From the IMG/VR virus record IMGVR_UViG_3300049046_000063, positions 1 to 56,014 of that record: 56,014 bases of DNA; one strand, written 5' to 3'. The position numbers were made by a program, and so were the translations under genes. This stretch comes from a virus (Duplodnaviria > Caudoviricetes). The notes under the pieces are model-generated. The model did not search any database. It was not told the DNA's origin and saw only the letters and a program-made list of their open reading frames with translations. Shown here one piece after another: positions 56,013 through 56,014 of this stretch (the first letter of the stretch is position 1; every line of letters begins with the position of its first letter).

Positions 56013-56014
56013 AC

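Overview
The window looks like an essentially complete ~55.9 kb temperate siphophage genome in its excised, circular form. Bases 1-126 recur at 55887-56012, and an intact attP (3' half of tRNA-Lys(UUU), ~3900-3941) sits just upstream of a tyrosine integrase. Gene order: a leftward early operon (CII-like, YqaJ exonuclease, Bet, DUF1376 initiator, DnaC-like ATPase, DNA methylase, Gp37/Gp68, Xis) that continues past int/attP to a GIY-YIG protein and RusA; an immunity region; a rightward early region of small ORFs; a dispersed lysis module; terminase, portal and head genes; and a siphoviral tail with a BR0599-type baseplate. The most unusual features are: (1) a ~390-bp non-coding stretch made of back-to-back, mutually unrelated palindromes and helically phased repeats, a candidate multi-operator DNA decoy; (2) two Flp/Tad pilin genes, one behind a sigma54-type promoter and one behind an XRE-controlled sigma70-type promoter; (3) a lysis/lysogeny switch built from two ribbon-helix-helix proteins plus a stand-alone LexA/UmuD-type peptidase instead of an HTH CI; (4) an unannotated type I toxin-like peptide; (5) an IS1-family DDE gene with its own divergent regulator and no evident terminal repeats; (6) a 129-aa minimal kinase-like moron. 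All family assignments come from motif recognition by eye, and no database search was run. The host is not determined; Acidobacteriota is only an impression.
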